Source: Nitrospirota bacterium
Lineage (GTDB): Bacteria > Nitrospirota > JACRHJ01
Direction: 5' to 3'
DNA: 64,000 bases
Assembly: GCA_963845245.1 (NCBI GenBank)
Contig: CAWJRJ010000024.1
Location: 108,322 to 172,321, forward strand
In this document: positions 58,568 to 64,000 of the stretch, piece after piece
Layout: every line of letters begins with the position of its first letter
How positions within the stretch are numbered: position 1 is the first letter of the stretch
The notes under the pieces: model-generated
The model's input: the letters and a program-made list of their open reading frames with translations, nothing else
Told to the model about the DNA's origin: nothing
The model's database searches: none
Program-made: the position numbers and the translations under genes

Positions 58568-59816
58568 TTATTTCTCTCCCCCTTCTTTCATGCCGCCTTC
58601 GGTAAGCACCCGGTCAAGCCTCTGCTGGACTTCGTCGGAGAGGTTTCCTTCCGGGGCATAGTACAGGTACTTGTCATAGGCCCGTGCGGCCTCTTTGTAC
58701 TTCTTCATGTTGGCATAGGCGTTGCCCATTATGAAATACGCCTCCACCATGTTCGGCTCCAGCGCCACGGCCTTCTTCGCCTCGACAACCGCTTCATCAT
58801 AAAAGCCCTGCTTGAGGTATATGCCCGCGAGGTTGCTGTGTGCGACCGGCATGTCGGGTTTCTGGGACAGGGCAAGCTTGAACTCTTCCACTGCGCGCGC
58901 GACCGAGCCCCGGCTGTAAAACGCCACACCCAGGTCCGCATGGGCCTCCGGGAAATCCCTGCGCAAAGTTACCGCCTGCCTGAACGACTCCACGCTCTTG
59001 TCGAAGTATTCGATCCTCTTTTTCGAGTCATGGCTCTCCGCGCCCAGGACACCGTAGACAAGCCCGGTATAGTAGTGCGCCTCGGGCAACTTGCTGTCCA
59101 TCTGGACCGCCTTCTTCAGCGCGACCAGCGCGGCATCGAAGTCTGATTTCTTGTAATAGACGTACCCAAGCATCGCATAGGCGTCGGCATAGTCCGGCCT
59201 CAGTTCTATCGCCTTGTAGAGTTCCGTGGACGCGCCCTCGTACATCTCCTGCTTTGCATAGCACATCCCCAGGCCCAGGTGCGCCTCCTTGTCCTTCGGG
59301 TCCTCGTCCAGGGCCAGCAGGTACTGGTCTATCGCGTCGTTGTAGTGTCCCTGCTTGTAATATATATCTCCAAGCCTGGTCTTTACATGCGGCCAGTTGG
59401 CATCCAGCTCCAGCACCCTCCTGTACTCATATACTGCCTCATCAAGGCGTTTCGTCGCGGCAAGTGCGCGCCCCAGCAGGAAACGCGCCTGTACGTCTTC
59501 CGGGTCGGCTGTTGTAATGCTCTGGTAGAGCTTGGCAGCCCCGGCATTGTCGCCGCTGTCGGCCATCTCCCCGGCCTTCTTTATCACGCTGTTATATGCG
59601 GCGAAGTCCGCGTTGGTCTTCTCCATGTCCACCTGGGACACGTCGAAGGAGGCCTCCCCGCCCCGCAGCTTCAGGTATACCTTCCCGCCTTCAAGCCTGT
59701 GGGACTCCACTTCCATGGTCGAGCCGTTCTTGAAATAGACAATGTAAGAGAGGGCTGGCGCCGGGGCCAGTGATGATGAGGACTACCAGGATGAGGGAGC
59801 AAATTATGTACTTCAT
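58568..59816 (-). CDS. Exported TPR-repeat protein
   Basis: Hydrophobic N-terminus from ATG 59816, then about nine TPRs. Confidence 0.8.
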
Positions 59817-59849
59817 TTTACCCCGTAAACTTACCACGTAAACCGGCGG

Positions 59850-61911
59850 TTACTTTACCTTCGTGCCGGACGCGACATCCGCCGCAAAACCGGCAAGCTT
59901 CAACGTGTCGACGTCGCCAGCCGCAAGCACCATGCCCTGCGATTCTATGCCCATCAGCTTTGCAGGCTTGAGGTTCGCCACCACTATAACTTCCGTGCCG
60001 ACAAGCTCCTCAGGCCCGTACGCCTTGCCTATGCCGCCGACGATCTGGCGCGTCTCGGTGCCGATGTCTATCTGCATCTTGATCAGTTTATCAGATTTCG
60101 GCACGCGCTCGGCCTCAAGGACTTTTCCGACACGGAGGTCCACCTTCAGGAAGTCGTCGAATGTTATCCGGCCCGGCTCAGAAGCCGCTTGTTTTGGCGC
60201 GCCGGGGGCGTCGCGCCCTACATCCTTCCTTAACCCCTCGCCCGAAACGGGGAGAGGGGCAGGGGGTGAGGGCTGATTCCCCTTCGCGGAAGCGGCCTTC
60301 AACGCCCGGATTCGGTCGGTATCTATACGCGGGAACGGGGCTTCGCCACGCATTACTTTCTGGCCGGACCTATACGCATAGAACATTTCGGACAGGTTCA
60401 CCTTTAATGAATCAAGCTTAGTATCATGTCCAAGCTGCTCCCAGATCATCTGCATTCTGGAAGGCATGAAGGGGTACAGGAGAACTGCCGAAGCTTTCAA
60501 TACTTCCGCTGCGCTCCTTAAAACATATTTAAGCAGCAACTTATCCGGTTCGTTTTCGCTCTTGGCGAGAGACCACGGGGCAGAGTAATCGATCATCTTG
60601 TTTGCATTGCTGATGAATTTCCATGCATACTGGAGCGCATCGCCAAACGACAGGTTTTCCATTCTGGCATTAAAACCTTCGTTGATACCTGCAAGGATAT
60701 AAACGGTATCGTAATCTTCTCGATGCATGTTTTCCGGAAAACTGATCCTGGCTATCTCGTTCCCGGTTAATACTGACGGTATATAGCCGTCAAAATACTT
60801 CTCTATCATGTTTATCGTGCGGAAATGCAGGTTCCCCAGGTCGTTCGCGAGGTCGGAGTTTATCCGGGTCGTCATCGCCTCTTTGGAGAAATCGCCGTCC
60901 AGCCCGAACGGCACCTCGCGGAGCAGGAAGTAGCGGAACTGGTCCACGCCGAACTCCTCCGCGACCGCCTTCGGGTCCACCACGTTGCCTTTCGACTTCG
61001 ACATCTTCTCGCCCGATATCGTCCACCAGCCGTGCGAGAATATCCTCTTCGGCAGTGGCAGCCCGGCCGCGAGCAGGAACGTCGGCCAGTAGACCGCGTG
61101 GAAGCGCAGTATGTCCTTGCCTATGACATGCACGTCGGCGGGCCAGTATTTTTTATAGTTCCCGATCTCGTCCGGATATCCGAGGGCGGATATGTAGTTG
61201 GTCAGCGCGTCCAGCCAGACATATATAACGTGGCGCTCGTCGCCCGGCACGGGTATGCCCCAACTGAACGACGTGCGCGATATGGAGAGGTCGCGAAGCC
61301 CGGTCTTGATGAAGCTTACGATCTCGTTTTTGCCTCGACTCGGGCTGGATGAAGCCGGGGTTGGCCTCGATGTGCGCGAGCAGCGCGTCCTGATATTTGG
61401 ACATCCGGAAGAAGTAGCTCTCCTCCTTCAGCTTCTCGACGGGCCTGCCGCAGTCCGGGCATTTCTCGCCCTCCTTCAGCTGAAGCGAGGTCCAGAAGCT
61501 CTCGCACGGGACGCAGTACCAGTCCTCGTACTCGCTCTTGTAGATGTCGCCCTTGTCCTGCAACAGCCTGAAAAGGTGCTGCACCGCATCCTTGTGGCGT
61601 TCCTCGGTGGTCCTGATGAAGTCGTCGTTCGAGATGTTCAGCTGTTTCCAGAGTTCCTTGTACCGGGGCGAGACGGAGTCGACGAACTCCCTGTTGCTCA
61701 TCCCCTTCGCGGCGGCGGTCTTCTCCACCTTCTGGCCGTGCTCGTCCGTGCCGGTAAGGAAAAAAACGTCCCGGCCCGTGAGCCTCATGTACCGGGCCAT
61801 CGCGTCGGCGGCAACGGTGGTATATGCATGCCCTATGTGGGGGATGTCGTTTACGTAGTAGATCGGCGTGGTTATATAGAAACTGTCAGGCAATGTCCCC
61901 TCACTATCCAT
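59850..61911 (-). CDS. metG: Methionyl-tRNA synthetase with C-terminal tRNA-binding domain (indel near 61333)
   Basis: [40 protein letters not shown]. Confidence 0.97.
60196..60272 (-). repeat. Two REP-like palindromes in frame within the MetRS linker
   Basis: CCCTCACCCCCTGCCCCTCTCCCCG-TTT-CGGGCGAGGGG (60234-60272) and GTAG-GGCGCG-N10-CGCGCC (60196-60221). Confidence 0.6.
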
Positions 61912-62780
61912 TATTTATTCGGCAGCAGGCGGCTTGGGCGCGCCCTCGGGGCTTCCGCCCTCCTTGCCTTTCTTTTTGCGTTTGCGCCAGGCGTTTCTCT
62001 TCCTCTTGGTCTTGTCGGACTTGTCGCCTTCGGCGGTGCTTCGGCCTCTTTCGCCTTTGCAGGCTCCGGCGCAGCCTTTGCAGGGGCCTTTTCCGGCACG
62101 GCGCTCCCTTGGTCTTCCTTCTCGCCTCTTTCTTGGCCTCGTCGTAGAAGCTGTACTCGTAGCCCAGGCAGCACATCAGCCTGCCGCAGATGCCGGATAT
62201 CTTGGCCGGGTTGAGCACCAGGTCCTGCCTCTTTGCCATCCTGATGGACACTGGCTCGAAATCCTTCAGGAAGCTGGAGCAGCAGAGCTCCCTGCCGCAC
62301 GGACCGAAGCCGCCTATCATCTTGGCCTCGTCCCGCACGCCTATCTGGCGCATCTCGATCCTTATCTTGAAGCGGTGGGCGAGGTCCTTCACGAGGTCTC
62401 TGAAGTCCACCCTGCCGTCGGCCGTGAAATAGAATGTGGCCTTCGAGTTGTCGAACGCCCACTCCACCCGGACGAGCTTCATTATCATCTCGCGTTCGAG
62501 TATCTTCTGCTGGCATACCCGGAACGCCTCGTGCTCCATCGCGCGGTTCTTCTCGATCCTGCGGCTGTCGTCCTCCGTGGCCTTCCTGAGCACCCTCTTC
62601 AGCGGCTTGTCGTTCGGCCCGCGCTCTTCCTGGCGCAGCTCCGCCGGCGACGACCGCGACGCCCATGCCCTGCTCCGAGTCGACTATCACGATGTCGCCC
62701 GGCACAAGCGGCATGTCGCCCGCGTCGAAGTTATATACCTTGCAGCCTTCCCTGTACCTTACACCAACTACGTTATGCAT
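61911..62780 (-). CDS. ricT: RicT/YaaT (PSP1) family protein (compensating indels)
   Basis: [43 protein letters not shown]; holB-ricT-metG synteny. Confidence 0.9.
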   Translation of the reverse strand: MHNVVGVRYREGCKVYNFDAGDMPLVPGDIVIVDSEQGMGVAVVAGGAAPGRARAERQAAEEGAQEGHGGRQPQDREEPRDGARGVPGMPAEDTRTRDDNEARPGGVGVRQLEGHILFHGRRQGGLQRPREGPRPPLQDKDRDAPDRRAGRGQDDRRLRSVRQGALLLQLPEGFRASVHQDGKEAGPGAQPGQDIRHLRQADVLPGLRVQLLRRGQERGEKEDQGSAVPEKAPAKAAPEPAKAKEAEAPPKATSPTRPRGRETPGANAKRKARRAEAPRARPSRLLPNK

Positions 62781-62798
62781 ATTTATTGAAAGCGCGGA

Positions 62799-63810
62799 CT
62801 ATGCCGACGCCTCCTCCCTCAGCCTGAAAAATAGGTCTTCCGCCAAAAGCCTGCGGTTGAACGTGCGTTCGAGCGAGCGCCCCGCCTGCTTCAGCAACAA
62901 GAGCGCGTTCTCGCAACTGGCCGGCGTTATCCTGCCCGCCCAACCCTCAAGTTTTCCATTATATCTACATTATACGCCGCACGGGCGTCCCCGCCTACTA
63001 AAATAACCAGGAGGTCCCTGAACCACATCGACCCGAAGAATACGAATTCCGGAAGCCCCTCGACCTCCTTTGCGGCCTCCTCGGCCGCCTTCAGCACCGC
63101 AGACGGGCCTTTCTCCGTAATGTTTCCCAGCGTCTTCAGGAACGCCTTGCGCCGGTCGCGCAGCTCGGCTGCGTCGCTTGAGCGCCTCGCCCACCCTGCC
63201 GCCGGTCATCCGGGCAACAAGACCGGCGTCGCCCCGGCACGCCCTTTTCCATTAATAGCCCGGCCACCAGTTCCTCTTTAAGCGGCTGGAACGATACCGA
63301 CCGGCACCTGGAAAGGATAGTCGGCAGCAGGCTTGACGCCCTCGACGTTATCAGGACGACGTGGCTGTTGTCCGGCGGCTCCTCAAGCGTCTTTAAAAAG
63401 GCGTTGGCCGACTCCTCGTTCAGGAGGTGCGCGCCGTCCACTATGAGCACCTTCCGGCCCTCGCCCACGGCCTTCAGGGAGAGGAAGTCCTGCGCCGCCC
63501 TCACCTGCTTTATCACTATCTCCTGCCGCATCTTGCCGGTGTCCTGGTTCACCTCAAGCGGCAAGCATAGACACGTTCGGGTGGCAGCCCGCACTCGATG
63601 TTCCGGCAGTTCTGGCAGGTCCCGCACGGGACCTCGCCGAAGAGGTCGCCCGCCGCAGTTCACCGCCTTTGCAAACTCTATTGCGGCCATGCGTTTGCCT
63701 ATCCCCTCGTCGCCGTGGAACAGGTAGGCGGGCGGTATCTGGCCGGTCTTAATGTTGCGCTGTAAGACTTCGAGCTGTCTTTCGTGACCGAGTATATGTG
63801 AGAACGCCAT
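62799..63810 (-). CDS. holB: DNA polymerase III subunit delta-prime (several indels)
   Basis: AYLFHGDEGIGK, NAFLKTLEEPP, LPTILSRC; follows tmk. Confidence 0.92.
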
Positions 63811-63813
63811 CGG

Positions 63814-64000
63814 CTATAACCTCTCACCAATCCTGCGGTCAACCGCCTCGCGGATAGCCGCCTGTATCTCTTCGATGCCGCCTTCCGCGTGAACCACCTT
63901 CACCCGGTCAGGCTCAGCCTGCCGCTATGCTCAGGTAACCCTGACGCACACGCTCATGGAACTCCAGGGACTCCTCCTCGAACCGCGCCTCGCTGGCGGC
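63814..64000 (-). CDS. tmk: Thymidylate kinase, 3' part (truncated by window)
   Basis: RFEEESLEFHERVRQGYL..EPDRVKVVHA; conserved position upstream of holB. Confidence 0.85.

Noticed and set aside
1184..63810. Calling the frame-broken genes pseudogenes or programmed frameshifts
   Set aside because: Breaks hit essential genes, motifs are intact on both sides, and no consistent slippery site is evident; sequencing error is simpler.
1..64000. CRISPR arrays, tRNA/rRNA genes, transposases, integrases or prophage
   Set aside because: None recognised; the repeats seen are protein-coding modules or short hairpins.

Overview
Bacterial chromosome segment, almost all genes on the minus strand. Gene content suggests an anaerobe of Desulfobacterota/Nitrospirota type (inference only). 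Left to right: a DUF362 Fe-S protein; a pentose phosphate operon (tkt-tal-gnd-rpiB-zwf); then a ~45 kb accessory locus (7.4-52.9 kb). That locus holds a PilMNO-type type II secretion cluster whose ATPase carries receiver and MshEN domains, a heme-motif sensor kinase with a sigma-54 activator, three 12-15-heme cytochromes, a lipoprotein, and a giant ~3830-aa cytochrome (about 59 heme-binding motifs by hand count, arranged as CxxCH/CxxCH/CX3-7CH triads). Directly downstream are two unannotated 19-20-aa paralogous peptide genes (MKIKYTAPKVVASSSVHPC and MNKIKYTKPLVVGGSSVHPC), each with a strong RBS and its own terminator. These are followed by exported HEAT-repeat and DUF1573 proteins, a DUF318 permease, an orphan tetrapyrrole-methylase-family enzyme and a U32-family pair. 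Sigma-54-type promoters precede three parts of the locus. The right end has DUF1858, a c7-type triheme cytochrome, GAF/HD-GYP, TPR proteins, a RACo-type activator and metG-ricT-holB-tmk. Many genes outside ~21-44 kb are split by small indels, including essential ones, so these are treated as sequencing errors and coordinates are given for the reconstructed genes. Family calls come from motif recognition, not database searches; motif counts are manual. Best candidate for an undescribed system: RiPP-like ...SSVHPC micro-peptides and modifying enzymes coupled to a secreted giant multiheme cytochrome apparatus.
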